Source: a bacterium (GTDB lineage: Bacteria > Zhuqueibacterota > Zhuqueibacteria > Residuimicrobiales > Krinioviventaceae). From it: a DNA stretch of 64,000 bases. Under the pieces are notes generated by a model, which worked only from the letters and a program-made list of their open reading frames with translations, did not search any database and was not told the origin of the DNA. The stretch's first letter is position 1. Each line of letters opens with the position of its first letter. The stretch covers positions 3,008,001 to 3,072,000 of the forward strand of contig OY843751.1 in assembly GCA_963693055.1 (NCBI GenBank). Direction: 5' to 3'. The translations under genes and the position numbers were made by a program. Positions 1 to 9,402 of the stretch are shown here, in pieces.

Positions 1-708
1 GCCGCAAGAACCACAGGTTGGTGCGGTAACTATAATTTGTCCATTTGCATTTTCTTCATTTACTGCAAGCGCATAAGATGTTAACAATGCATTTTGTTTG
101 AAATGCGGACCTGATAATTGAGCTTTGCGATAATAAGAACAGGCTTTACGCGGTAAACCCAAGCCACCGGGAAGAACACCTTCTTCTACAATTCCACGTT
201 CAATGGATTCGTTCATGACAGTCCAAACCTGTGTCAGGAAATCCCATATTTCAGGGCCTTCCACAGATTCTACATATTCCCAAAAAGACTGGCCGGTTTT
301 TAGCAAATGTTCAAGTATTGACTTCATTGTACGTAAAGGGTAGATGGATTTATCCTCATGCTCAACCCCTTCACTAATTGCACCACCACCAATACTAAAT
401 ACTTCCCATGTATCTGTTACTTGAGTATTAACATCAAGTGCTTCAAAACGCATTCCATTAGGATGAAAAGGTAATGATTCATCCGGTTTCCATACAAGCT
501 CTAATTTATCATCCCCCAGTACTTGATGCAGAACAATGTCCGTAAGGTGCCCCTTGCCTGTTGCAGCAAGACTTGCATACAGGGTCACCCGGAAAGATTC
601 TGCATTAGGATTCCTCCCAAGAAATATCTCTGCGGAATGTCTGGGTGCCATAGTATGACTGCTTGATGGTCCGGCACCTATTCTGAATAATTCTTTAATA
701 GATTCCAT
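1..708 (-). CDS. sdaA: L-serine ammonia-lyase (Fe-S serine dehydratase), 5' part; runs off window start
   Basis: Not in ORF track. Manual translation from ATG at 708: MESIKELFRIGAGPSSSHTM...LYASLAATGKGHLTD, and near the window edge YALAVNEENANGQIIVTAPTCGSCG. These are SdaA signature motifs. Confidence 0.9.
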   Translation of the reverse strand, partial: MESIKELFRIGAGPSSSHTMAPRHSAEIFLGRNPNAESFRVTLYASLAATGKGHLTDIVLHQVLGDDKLELVWKPDESLPFHPNGMRFEALDVNTQVTDTWEVFSIGGGAISEGVEHEDKSIYPLRTMKSILEHLLKTGQSFWEYVESVEGPEIWDFLTQVWTVMNESIERGIVEEGVLPGGLGLPRKACSYYRKAQLSGPHFKQNALLTSYALAVNEENANGQIIVTAPTCGSCG

Positions 709-743
709 TAAACATCCGGATTCAATATAAAACTTTTAATTTT

Positions 744-772
744 AATATAATTAATCATGAAATCAAAGGCAA
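744..772 (-). promoter_or_regulatory. sigma70-like promoter for sdaA
   Basis: TTGCCT-N17-TATATT on the minus strand, about 35 nt upstream of the ATG. Confidence 0.5.
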
Positions 773-773
773 G

Positions 774-1700
774 TTATCGTGTAAATAGAGGTCCTTCAGG
801 TTTATCAGGCCAGGTAAGATTATTTTTATCAAGATAATTTTTCAGTTTAAAACCAAGCATTTTATAAATCAATTTTGCAACTGCAAAAACAGAATTTATA
901 TCATCATTTTGGAGACTCAGTTCTACAATATCAAATCCTACAACTTTTTTATATTTGAAAATACTATACAAGATTTCCATGATTTCATGCCACAAGAAAC
1001 CACCAGGTTCAGGTGTTCCGGTACTGCGTATTACACTCCAGTCAAAAACATCAACATCTAGCGTAATAAAAACAGGATCAGGTAGTTCTGCCAATGCTTT
1101 TTCAAGGTCGAATCCCTCGTAACGGATTTTATGCATGCTTATACATTGAATGTTATTTTCTTTGACAATTTTAGCTTCAACGGCTTCCATGCTGCGAATA
1201 CCGAGTTGCAATGTATGAGGCGACATTTCTCGAATTCTTGACATAACAGAAGCATGGCTAAATTTACTACCCATATATTGATCGCGCAAATCTGAATGTG
1301 CGTCGAGTTGTATACAACTCATTTTTCCATAATGCTCAGACAGTGCTTTAAAATATCCCGAACTGATTGAATGATCACCACCAATAACGACTGTGAATTT
1401 ACCTTTTTCTATTAATGATTTGGTTTCATTGTAAAGCACATCAAGCATTGCTGAGGGGTCAGCAGGTATTACAGGAGTGTCAATAGTGGTAATACCCATA
1501 CGGTAAGGTTCAGCATCAATAACTTCATCGTATAATTCCAGTTGAGAAGATGCATCCAAAACGGCATCGGGAGCTTTTGCTGTTCCAATCCCATACGACA
1601 CACCTCCTTCGTATGGGAAAGGCAATAAAGCAACAGCAGAAGTTTCAAAATCAGTAAATTGAGAATCAATATCAAGGTATTGAATAGGGTTTAACTTCAT
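774..1700 (-). CDS. speB: Agmatinase (ureohydrolase family)
   Basis: GGDHS, DAHSD, DVDVFD and TGTPEPGG Mn-binding motifs; overlaps the upstream gene by 4 nt. Confidence 0.9.
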   Translation of the reverse strand: MKLNPIQYLDIDSQFTDFETSAVALLPFPYEGGVSYGIGTAKAPDAVLDASSQLELYDEVIDAEPYRMGITTIDTPVIPADPSAMLDVLYNETKSLIEKGKFTVVIGGDHSISSGYFKALSEHYGKMSCIQLDAHSDLRDQYMGSKFSHASVMSRIREMSPHTLQLGIRSMEAVEAKIVKENNIQCISMHKIRYEGFDLEKALAELPDPVFITLDVDVFDWSVIRSTGTPEPGGFLWHEIMEILYSIFKYKKVVGFDIVELSLQNDDINSVFAVAKLIYKMLGFKLKNYLDKNNLTWPDKPEGPLFTR

Positions 1701-2767
1701 CGTGAGGTATCCAGCGTTTCTATAAATTGGGGTAATTGTTTAATAATATTTTTAGGCTCTTTTTTATCACACAAATCATAAACATAAAAAGCCAATAATG
1801 GGAAAATGATACTGTAATCCCCCCAAATCTGTACAAGCTTATCCTGATTAGCAGAATGATATTTACCCCACGTTACAGCTTCACCAAAAGTACAACCAGA
1901 AAGACTGCCTTCTCTTTCCAGTGCTGTACCAATCTGTAATCCTCTATCAGCACCTTCAAAATCAATAGAAAGAATCTGACTAATGGTTGGACCGGTTTGC
2001 TGTATAAAATTTTTAGGTCCTCCACCTCCCAATTCTACAAAACCAGTAGCAGGAGATGAATAAGCAATTGCAGCAGAATCAAAAACATCTTTTTGCCCGG
2101 ACAAACGGACAGGGTAACCTTCTCGATCTGTTCTGGCAAGGTTCATTGCTATAGAATGATTTGATAAAGAATCCCAAAATATCGGGACTCCTAAACGTGC
2201 CGAAGTGGCAGTAAAACTCAACTCGGGATGCGGGGCATTTTCAAGAACCCACATACCTAAATGATAATTAAACTCCCAGCTTGACATTGCTTTGTCTTTA
2301 AGCTCATTGTGCTTTTCTATAATAAATTTTCTTATAATTTCATCCTGAGCTTCAAGTGTTTCTTTTTCACGGATACCAATATCGTAAATACGGGTATCTC
2401 CATATTGACGTAGTATATCATCGTCCCAATCCGGATTAATGGATTTAACAGGTAAACTGAATGCAAAATGCAGATCATGGTAAACCTGTGCTCCGGTTGA
2501 ACAAATAACATCTATATATCCGGATTCGAGCAAAGATATGACCATTCCCCCCATACCGCCGGCAATTCCTGCTCCAGCGATACCAAGCCAAATCACATCA
2601 TTATCATTGATCATCCGTTTATAAAGGTCTGCACCTCGATATACATTGCGAGCTTCAAAACTGGTTTCCCCCATAAATTTGACCAATTGTGGTATACTGG
2701 ATTTTTGTTTAATTTTATTTGGAACAAGATTCGGGAAATCGTGAAACATGGATTTATAATGAGTCAT
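1697..2767 (-). CDS. Deoxyhypusine synthase-like protein (homospermidine / aminobutylagmatine synthase candidate)
   Basis: STGAQVYHDLH, GGGGPKNF, GSLSGCTFGEAVTWGK (catalytic Lys motif), GDYSIIFPLL. Confidence 0.88.
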   Translation of the reverse strand: MTHYKSMFHDFPNLVPNKIKQKSSIPQLVKFMGETSFEARNVYRGADLYKRMINDNDVIWLGIAGAGIAGGMGGMVISLLESGYIDVICSTGAQVYHDLHFAFSLPVKSINPDWDDDILRQYGDTRIYDIGIREKETLEAQDEIIRKFIIEKHNELKDKAMSSWEFNYHLGMWVLENAPHPELSFTATSARLGVPIFWDSLSNHSIAMNLARTDREGYPVRLSGQKDVFDSAAIAYSSPATGFVELGGGGPKNFIQQTGPTISQILSIDFEGADRGLQIGTALEREGSLSGCTFGEAVTWGKYHSANQDKLVQIWGDYSIIFPLLAFYVYDLCDKKEPKNIIKQLPQFIETLDTSR

Positions 2768-2779
2768 ATCTCTTCTTTC

Positions 2780-3334
2780 TCAGTCAAGTAACATTACAGC
2801 ACATGATACAACAGTTGTATACAGACCATCTTTATGGCCCTTTGCAGATTTGGCAATACTACGGCTAACAAATTGTTTCTGTCCTACAATGTACAATTCT
2901 CTTCTCTCATCCCAGGCAGCGTCCGGATCAAGTTCGATTCCCAAAGTAGATGCAAGCATTGTTGCAGCAAGGTCTTCGGCAAAATCACCAGATATCTTGG
3001 CTGATTCCCCAAAAGCATGGTGTTCGCTAATATAACCATATTGTTTTTTATCTTTGGGTTGAGCAAGGCCTATGGCTGCAGAAAGCAGACGGTTTGGCTC
3101 GTTTGTACATTCACGCGCCATCACAACAAAGGTTACTTGGCCTGCCCTTAAACTGTCCATCCCCTCTTTTTTCGTAATAATTTTACAGGCAGGAGGAAAA
3201 ATACTGGATACCTGTACAAGGTTACATTTTTCTACACCTGCATCACGCAATGCAAGTTCAAAGCTTTGCAGTTTGTTTTTATGATAACCTACACCTTTGG
3301 TGAAAAACATACGCTTGGGAATAAAATTGTTCAA
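2780..3334 (-). CDS. pdaD: Pyruvoyl-dependent arginine decarboxylase
   Basis: SFELALRDAG, NLVQVSSIFPP (Ser-Ser self-cleavage site), YGYISEHH; TTG start with GGAGA RBS. Confidence 0.92.
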   Translation of the reverse strand: MNNFIPKRMFFTKGVGYHKNKLQSFELALRDAGVEKCNLVQVSSIFPPACKIITKKEGMDSLRAGQVTFVVMARECTNEPNRLLSAAIGLAQPKDKKQYGYISEHHAFGESAKISGDFAEDLAATMLASTLGIELDPDAAWDERRELYIVGQKQFVSRSIAKSAKGHKDGLYTTVVSCAVMLLD

Positions 3335-3376
3335 CTTGTTTCTCCTTAAAAAATATTGTTTTAATAAAAAGGAAAA

Positions 3377-3405
3377 AAATTAATGATATAATTTTTCTTT
3401 TGCAA
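3377..3405 (-). promoter_or_regulatory. sigma70-like promoter for the polyamine operon
   Basis: TTGCAA-N17-TAATTT on the minus strand. Confidence 0.5.
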
Positions 3406-3446
3406 CAATTATTTTTCAATTAAATATACAAGACAAATTTGCCTCA

Positions 3447-4862
3447 TCAATTCTGTATACGTATAAACTCAATTCGTCGATTTAGTGATCTTCCTTCTTC
3501 TGTTGCATTTGTAGCTATTGGTTTGTCGGGACCAAAGCCTACAGTTTCTATACGTTCAGCACCAATACCTTTAGAAACAAGATAACGTTTGACAGATTCC
3601 GCACGCATTCCCGATAAACGTATATTCAAATCTCTTGAACCGGTATTATCTGTATGTCCACGCACCTGGACAGCCATTTCAGGGTAATCAACCAGAGTTC
3701 TGTATACGGCGTCAAGAACCATTTGAGCATTATCAGATAATTCAGAACTACCCGACTTGAATGTAACACCTTTTAAAACGATAGGTGCTTTTGTTTCTAT
3801 CATAACTTCGGGTTTTTTATCGGGACAACCATCATTGTCTTCAAATCCATTAACGGTTTCAGCTTCATTCGGACATTTATCAAGATTATCCGGAATTCCA
3901 TCTTTATCATTATCAGGATCCGGGCATCCATCTTCATCCTGAAATCCATCTTTATCTTCAGCTTTTAATGGACATTTGTCATTTTTATCGAGAATACCAT
4001 CATTATCATTATCCGGGTCAGGGATTCCATCGCTATCTTGAAAGCCGTCCAAATCTTCAGGATCATTGGGAGCTTTATCCAAATCATCATTAATTCCATC
4101 ACCATCATTATCATAATCAGGGCATCCGTCAGTATCCTGAAATCCATCAAAATCTTCAGGTACTCCCGGACATTCATCCAGCTTGTCTTCTATGCCGTCA
4201 TTATCCGTATCTTTCCAGCCACCAAAATAAAAGTTGAGGCCAAACCGGGCTTCAATATTTCCGGTTTGAACATCACCAAAACCAGACATATCTTTATCTT
4301 GTGCAAAAAGTTGCTGGTAACGTAAGGAAAAATCGAATGCAAAATTTTCACCTACAAAAAACTCTGATCCTGCACCTATATTCAACAATGCATTTTTTTT
4401 GATTCCGGAGACCTTATCACCTTTGGGTGTCAAAGGAATGACTGAATCATTATTACTGATATTGCGCAAATCCCAAAAAAGAATTCCTACTCCACCAATG
4501 AAATAGGGATTAATAGATTTTTGGGGTAATAAATTATATTTCATATTAACTGTAATTGGGTATAAATATGTTCTAAAGGGGCTGTTAGGTTTTACCAGCA
4601 CATATTTACCCAATCCGGATTTTGAATCATCAAATGCTCTATCCCAACCTGATGCAATATCTAAATTGATTCCATATTTAGGATTAATTGTATAACCAGC
4701 ATCTAACCCAAACCATGGACTAGCCATACTATCATCCTGATCACCACCTACAAGCTTTGTTACACTGCCAAAAACACCAAATTTTAATTTACCCGTACTT
4801 TGTTCACCAAAAACCAATCCTGCCATACATAATAAAACAATTACAACATTGTAGCGTTTCAT
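3447..4862 (-). CDS. OmpA-family outer membrane protein: beta-barrel, thrombospondin type-3 Ca-binding repeats, peptidoglycan-binding domain
   Basis: Signal peptide from MKRYNV (ATG 4862, GGAGGG RBS); DxDxDGIxDxxDxCP repeats; GHTDNTG...LSGMRAESV...NRRIEF. Confidence 0.9.
   Translation of the reverse strand: MKRYNVVIVLLCMAGLVFGEQSTGKLKFGVFGSVTKLVGGDQDDSMASPWFGLDAGYTINPKYGINLDIASGWDRAFDDSKSGLGKYVLVKPNSPFRTYLYPITVNMKYNLLPQKSINPYFIGGVGILFWDLRNISNNDSVIPLTPKGDKVSGIKKNALLNIGAGSEFFVGENFAFDFSLRYQQLFAQDKDMSGFGDVQTGNIEARFGLNFYFGGWKDTDNDGIEDKLDECPGVPEDFDGFQDTDGCPDYDNDGDGINDDLDKAPNDPEDLDGFQDSDGIPDPDNDNDGILDKNDKCPLKAEDKDGFQDEDGCPDPDNDKDGIPDNLDKCPNEAETVNGFEDNDGCPDKKPEVMIETKAPIVLKGVTFKSGSSELSDNAQMVLDAVYRTLVDYPEMAVQVRGHTDNTGSRDLNIRLSGMRAESVKRYLVSKGIGAERIETVGFGPDKPIATNATEEGRSLNRRIEFIRIQN
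3820..4215 (-). repeat. Four approximately 33-aa TSP3-like tandem repeats within ompA
   Basis: Units of DxDNDGIxDxxDxCPxxxEDxDGFQDxDGCP visible in the translation. Confidence 0.85.
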
Positions 4863-4943
4863 CTCACCCTCCCCGGTTTTCCGCCGGCACAAATTTGCAG
4901 TTTTAATTAGACATCATATTTTGAAATAATTAACCCTTGAATA

Positions 4944-4972
4944 ATTATATCAAGTTTAAAGACCAATATCAA
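4944..4972 (-). promoter_or_regulatory. Near-consensus sigma70 promoter for ompA
   Basis: TTGATA-N17-TATAAT on the minus strand. Confidence 0.7.
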
Positions 4973-5002
4973 GAGAAAAATTACAATAATGAAATTGAAA
5001 AA

Positions 5003-5836
5003 TTATGTACTTTCATCAGGCATACCTTCAGGAGTAATAGCTTTGTTTCGTAAGCAAGTAATGATCTCTGAAGCAATTTCTTCAATGGGTTTGTTTGTCA
5101 CATTTATGATTTGCCAATTGGGGTGATTATTGAATAAACGGTTGGCATATCTTAGTTCATTTTGTACATGTTGAAGTTGGGCATAACTGCCTGTTTTACC
5201 ACCAAGATAGTCATCGCGTGCCTTTCGTAATACAGATAAACGTGTTGCATCAGTAGTCAAGCCAAATACCCGATCATTAGGAATATCAAATATTTCTTGT
5301 GGTAAAGGTATATCAAGAACTATGGGTATATTAGAAACCATCCAGCCCTTGAATGCTAAATATATACTCAATGGTGTTTTAAATGTTCTTGAAACACCCA
5401 ATAGTACAATTTCTGCTCGCTCAACTTGATTAATCCGAAGACCATCATCATGCCTAAAAGCAAATTCCATAGCTTCAATACGCTTAAAATAAGATTTATT
5501 CAACTCCCTGAACAAACCCGGCTTACCGACAGGGTTAATATCCAACAGTACAGTGAGTTGAGCCAAAAGCGGTCCCATTAAATCAATGGTTTCAATGTTG
5601 AACAACTTTTTATTTTCTTCAATAATACTTCGTAACTCGTCAGAAACTACTGTATGAGCTATAAAAGCATTAGTATTGGTAGCTTCTTTAAAAACAGCCA
5701 AAACTTCATCTTTGCAAGTTACACCGGGTCTGGTATGAATCGTAACTTTGTCTTCAGAAAACTGTGTCAAGGCTGCTTTTAACATTTGCTCTGCCGTTTT
5801 ACCTGTTCCATCCGAAATAATGTAAATTGAATTCAT
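5003..5836 (-). CDS. ppsR: PEP synthase / pyruvate phosphate dikinase regulatory kinase-pyrophosphorylase (DUF299)
   Basis: ISDGTGKTA, YFKRIEAMEFAFRHDDG, GVSRTFKTP, TNKPIEEIA. Confidence 0.9.
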   Translation of the reverse strand: MNSIYIISDGTGKTAEQMLKAALTQFSEDKVTIHTRPGVTCKDEVLAVFKEATNTNAFIAHTVVSDELRSIIEENKKLFNIETIDLMGPLLAQLTVLLDINPVGKPGLFRELNKSYFKRIEAMEFAFRHDDGLRINQVERAEIVLLGVSRTFKTPLSIYLAFKGWMVSNIPIVLDIPLPQEIFDIPNDRVFGLTTDATRLSVLRKARDDYLGGKTGSYAQLQHVQNELRYANRLFNNHPNWQIINVTNKPIEEIASEIITCLRNKAITPEGMPDEST

Positions 5837-5960
5837 AATTCTTTTCCTCTTTTACCCCGTTTTGTTTATAGAACAAGGTATTTGTCATTGCATATTTCTA
5901 TATTTTTTGTTAATTTTTAAATAAATAACGCTAAACATAACGACAAGATAAGCAGAAATC

Positions 5961-6917
5961 ATGAGAATAGTAGTTCTGGATGGATTTACAACAAATCCCG
6001 GTGATTTAAGCTGGGATGCATTATACAAAATTGGCGAATGCCAGATATATGAACGAACACCACGAGAACTGGTTCTGGACAGAGTCAAAAGTGCCGATAT
6101 TGTTCTAACAAATAAAACCATATTAGATCGTGATATGTTGTACGCTATGGATAAATGCAAATATATTGGTGTTATGGCAACAGGTTACAATGTTGTCAAT
6201 CTGGAAGCTGCATCAGAAAAAGAAATTATTGTTACAAATGTTCCAGCGTATTCTACTAAATCTGTTGCTCAAATGGTATTTGCACATATATTAAACCTTA
6301 CACAGCATGTTGCTGCACATTCCGAATCCGTTACGTTTGGCAAATGGTCATCAAATAAAGACTTTTGCTATTGGGATTATCCGTTAATCGAGCTTGCGGA
6401 TAGAACAATTGGTATAGTTGGCTTGGGTAGAATTGGTAAACAGGTAGCTAAAATTGCCAATGCCATGGATATGCATATATTGGCATATACAAAACCGACT
6501 GAAAAAGATGTGCCAGATTATATTACAATTACTAACAAATTGGATGACGTTTTTATAAAAAGCGATTTTGTAACATTGCACTGTCCACTAACAAAAGATA
6601 CTGAAAATATAGTTAATGCAGACAGGTTGAGAATGATGCGGTCAACATCATTTCTAATTAATACCAGTCGTGGTCCACTAATTGACGAAATAGCGCTTAC
6701 TGTAGCATTAAACAAGGGTTGGCTTGCGGGAGCAGGATTAGATGTTCTTTCCGAAGAACCTCCCCGCCCCGAGAATCCATTGTTCAGTGCACCCAATTGC
6801 TATATAACACCTCACATCTCATGGGCTACCCGCTCAGCAAGGAAAAGACTATTAGACACTGTAATTAATAATATACAATCATATATTAAAGGTAACGTAC
6901 AAAACCAGGTTAATTAA
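5961..6917 (+). CDS. D-2-hydroxyacid dehydrogenase (glycerate dehydrogenase / hydroxypyruvate reductase type)
   Basis: LDGFTTNPGDL, GIVGLGRIG, LHCPLT, INTSRG, LDVLSEEP, TPHISW. Confidence 0.9.
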   Translation: MRIVVLDGFTTNPGDLSWDALYKIGECQIYERTPRELVLDRVKSADIVLTNKTILDRDMLYAMDKCKYIGVMATGYNVVNLEAASEKEIIVTNVPAYSTKSVAQMVFAHILNLTQHVAAHSESVTFGKWSSNKDFCYWDYPLIELADRTIGIVGLGRIGKQVAKIANAMDMHILAYTKPTEKDVPDYITITNKLDDVFIKSDFVTLHCPLTKDTENIVNADRLRMMRSTSFLINTSRGPLIDEIALTVALNKGWLAGAGLDVLSEEPPRPENPLFSAPNCYITPHISWATRSARKRLLDTVINNIQSYIKGNVQNQVN

Positions 6918-6918
6918 A

Positions 6919-7446
6919 ATGCCCAAAACGAATACGATACTGGTGCATACATGCTGTGCACCTTGCGCTGCCCCCTCGGGAGAGAAATTGATGCTGGAAG
7001 GATATCAGGTCACATTATTTTATAGCAACTCTAACATTTATCCTCTTGAAGAATATGAAAAACGTCTTGCTGAAGTCCGCAAACTTGCTTCTATATGGGA
7101 TATTTTGGTAGAAGAAGACATCTATGACCACAAAAAATGGCTACAACATGTAAAAGGGCTGGAAAATGAACCGGAAAAAGGCAGCCGATGTGCAAAGTGC
7201 TTTGACTTTAGCTTAAAAAGAACTGCTGAATTGGCTGACAGGCTTGACTTTACAGCTTTTACAACAACCCTCACCCTCAGTCCTCACAAAGTCTCAAAGA
7301 TGATATTTGAAATTGGCAAACAATACCCCAAGTACGTACCGTTTGATTTTAAAAAAGAAAACGGATTTTTGAAAAGTTTGCAATTATCAGAAAAATATGA
7401 TCTATACAGACAAAATTATTGCGGATGTGAATTTAGCCTTCGTTAA
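6919..7446 (+). CDS. queH: Epoxyqueuosine reductase QueH (DUF208)
   Basis: HTCCAPC, RCAKC, SPHK, YRQNYCGCEFS. Confidence 0.9.
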   Translation: MPKTNTILVHTCCAPCAAPSGEKLMLEGYQVTLFYSNSNIYPLEEYEKRLAEVRKLASIWDILVEEDIYDHKKWLQHVKGLENEPEKGSRCAKCFDFSLKRTAELADRLDFTAFTTTLTLSPHKVSKMIFEIGKQYPKYVPFDFKKENGFLKSLQLSEKYDLYRQNYCGCEFSLR

Positions 7447-7582
7447 TTCAATCTCAACATTACTGTCGTAAGAATCAATTATTGTATTATTATACTAGAG
7501 TTTATCTAGTACAATTTAATAGAAATAATTATATTGCTGCTTACGTTGTATAGTTTGAGAAGCAGTTAACATTTATAGTAAT

Positions 7583-8077
7583 ATGAAAAAAATAATATCT
7601 ACAATTTTATTAATTTTCTACTTTACCAGCAGCTTTGGTTTTGCTCAAATCAACCATATCTGCAGCATGGCGCTATCAAATGGAACAGATCATTCTGATG
7701 CTAAATGTACTTGTCATGTGGTAAAATCTAATGTGTCAGAACCCAAATCTGATCAAAGTAGCTGTTCAACAGAATTAAATCAGAATGAACAGGAAGCATC
7801 AAGCTGCTGTACTGTTGATACATCAGAAAAACCTGACAATGAACTTGACCAGACAAAGTATGGTGAAATACAAATTACTTTAAACTGCTGTAGTTTTGAA
7901 ATTAATGTAAAAAATAATGACAGTTTTACATTTCCTACAATTGAAAAAACTGTAGCTGCAAATCATTCAATCAATATTGCAATATCAGAAATTCAGGTAT
8001 TTAATCAACAATTACCCGTATTAAATATTAACACCTCTCCTACTATTTTTTCAATCAATCTTCCACTCTTGATTTAA
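7583..8077 (+). CDS. Secreted Cys/His-rich protein upstream of metal efflux genes (HYC_CC_PP-like putative leader)
   Basis: Signal peptide, HICSM, CTCH, SCC and CCS clusters, C-terminal SPTIFSINLPLLI. Confidence 0.6.
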   Translation: MKKIISTILLIFYFTSSFGFAQINHICSMALSNGTDHSDAKCTCHVVKSNVSEPKSDQSSCSTELNQNEQEASSCCTVDTSEKPDNELDQTKYGEIQITLNCCSFEINVKNNDSFTFPTIEKTVAANHSINIAISEIQVFNQQLPVLNINTSPTIFSINLPLLI

Positions 8078-8088
8078 AATCAAGGCAC

Positions 8089-8112
8089 CAGTCCGTCCGG
8101 ACTGTATTTTTT
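8089..8112 (+). terminator. Short hairpin plus U-tract between the leader ORF and cusC
   Basis: CAGTCC-gtcc-GGACTG followed by TATTTTTT. Confidence 0.45.
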
Positions 8113-8155
8113 CAATTTTAAATATAACAATCCCATAACTGTAATGGAGAGTCCC

Positions 8156-9397
8156 ATGAAGACACTTTTAGTTATATGGGTAGTTTTTATCTATTCGTAT
8201 GCATACGCGGAAACAAATACATTACAACAGTGGATTCAAACTGCTCTTGAAAACAATAGAGATGTATCAGTACAAAAGTTAAAAGAACAAATGTCTGAAT
8301 TTGATGCTGATATAACCAGCGCACTTCCGGATCCTGTCTTTATGACAGAATTCAGAGGTATGCCTATAGATCCTATTGATCTCGGACAAACCAGTGAATG
8401 GATGTTTATGTTGCAGCAAACGTTTCCATTTCCCGGAAAACTGGGTAAAAACAAAGAAATTGCAAATATAAACTTAAAAATACAAAATCAGCAATATTTA
8501 GCAACAGAGAACCGGGTTGTTGCCATAGTAAAATCACTTTACTATCAAAAATTGTATTTGAAACAAAATATCAACACCTATAATGAAATAGATGAAATAT
8601 TAACCTCACTATTGCAAGTGGCTGATATTAAATACAAGAGTGGTATGATATCTCTTGTGGATATTAATAGATTCTACATTCAACAGGAAAAAAATCGCAA
8701 TAAAATAGTAGCATTTGAACAATTAAATCGCTCATTGGATTTAAAAATCAACAACGTTTTGGGTAATCCTTTAAACACACAATTACCCCCTTTAGATGAG
8801 CCAATAGATTTGATGCATCCCCTTCCATCAAACACACAAATAGACTCGCTCTTGAAAAGTAATAATCCTGATCTTGAATCTACCGTTTTAAAAGTTCAAA
8901 CGGCTGAATTGGATTACAAATTATCAAAACTTGATAATTACCCGGATATTACAATCATGGGTGGGTATATGGCAATGTACAATATGCCGGACAGGCTCAT
9001 GGGAAGAATATCCATATCACTCCCCTTCATGCCGTGGTCATCAAAAAACACCAAAGCAAGAACACAAAAAACAAAATTATTGATTGATCACAACATTACT
9101 CAAAAAACAGATTTACTGGAAAAGTTGAAAAATGAATCTGGTGACATTTTATTAAATTTAAAATCTATTAAAAGTCAATACACAACATTTATTGACAAAA
9201 TATTGCCGACAAGTAAACAAAATATCGATTTGTTGATTACAGCGTTCCAAACCAGTTCTGTTGATTATGCAGATTTACTAAAAAGCATCAATGACTATTT
9301 ATCACTAAAAGTTGAAAAAGAAAAACTTTTATTTGATTACAGAGTAAAGTTGGCAGAACTTGAAGTTATTACAAGTTCTCAAATAATAGAAAGGTAA
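8156..9397 (+). CDS. TolC-family outer membrane efflux protein (CusC/CzcC-like)
   Basis: ALENN, LPDP, QQTFPFPGKL, YPDITI; first gene of an RND triad; start at MKTLL after GGAGA. Confidence 0.85.
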   Translation: MKTLLVIWVVFIYSYAYAETNTLQQWIQTALENNRDVSVQKLKEQMSEFDADITSALPDPVFMTEFRGMPIDPIDLGQTSEWMFMLQQTFPFPGKLGKNKEIANINLKIQNQQYLATENRVVAIVKSLYYQKLYLKQNINTYNEIDEILTSLLQVADIKYKSGMISLVDINRFYIQQEKNRNKIVAFEQLNRSLDLKINNVLGNPLNTQLPPLDEPIDLMHPLPSNTQIDSLLKSNNPDLESTVLKVQTAELDYKLSKLDNYPDITIMGGYMAMYNMPDRLMGRISISLPFMPWSSKNTKARTQKTKLLIDHNITQKTDLLEKLKNESGDILLNLKSIKSQYTTFIDKILPTSKQNIDLLITAFQTSSVDYADLLKSINDYLSLKVEKEKLLFDYRVKLAELEVITSSQIIER

Positions 9398-9402
9398 TAA
9401 TC

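Noticed and set aside
1697-2767. Bacterial hypusination of EF-P
   Set aside because: The operon context with ArgDC and agmatinase points to free polyamine synthesis, and no translation-factor gene is adjacent.
3820-4215. Repetitive DNA resembling an array
   Set aside because: Degenerate in-frame TSP3 protein repeats with no identical repeat-spacer pattern and no cas genes, so not CRISPR.
5003-5836. PSRP without an adjacent ppsA/ppdK
   Set aside because: Unlinked DUF299 genes are common and the target is probably elsewhere.
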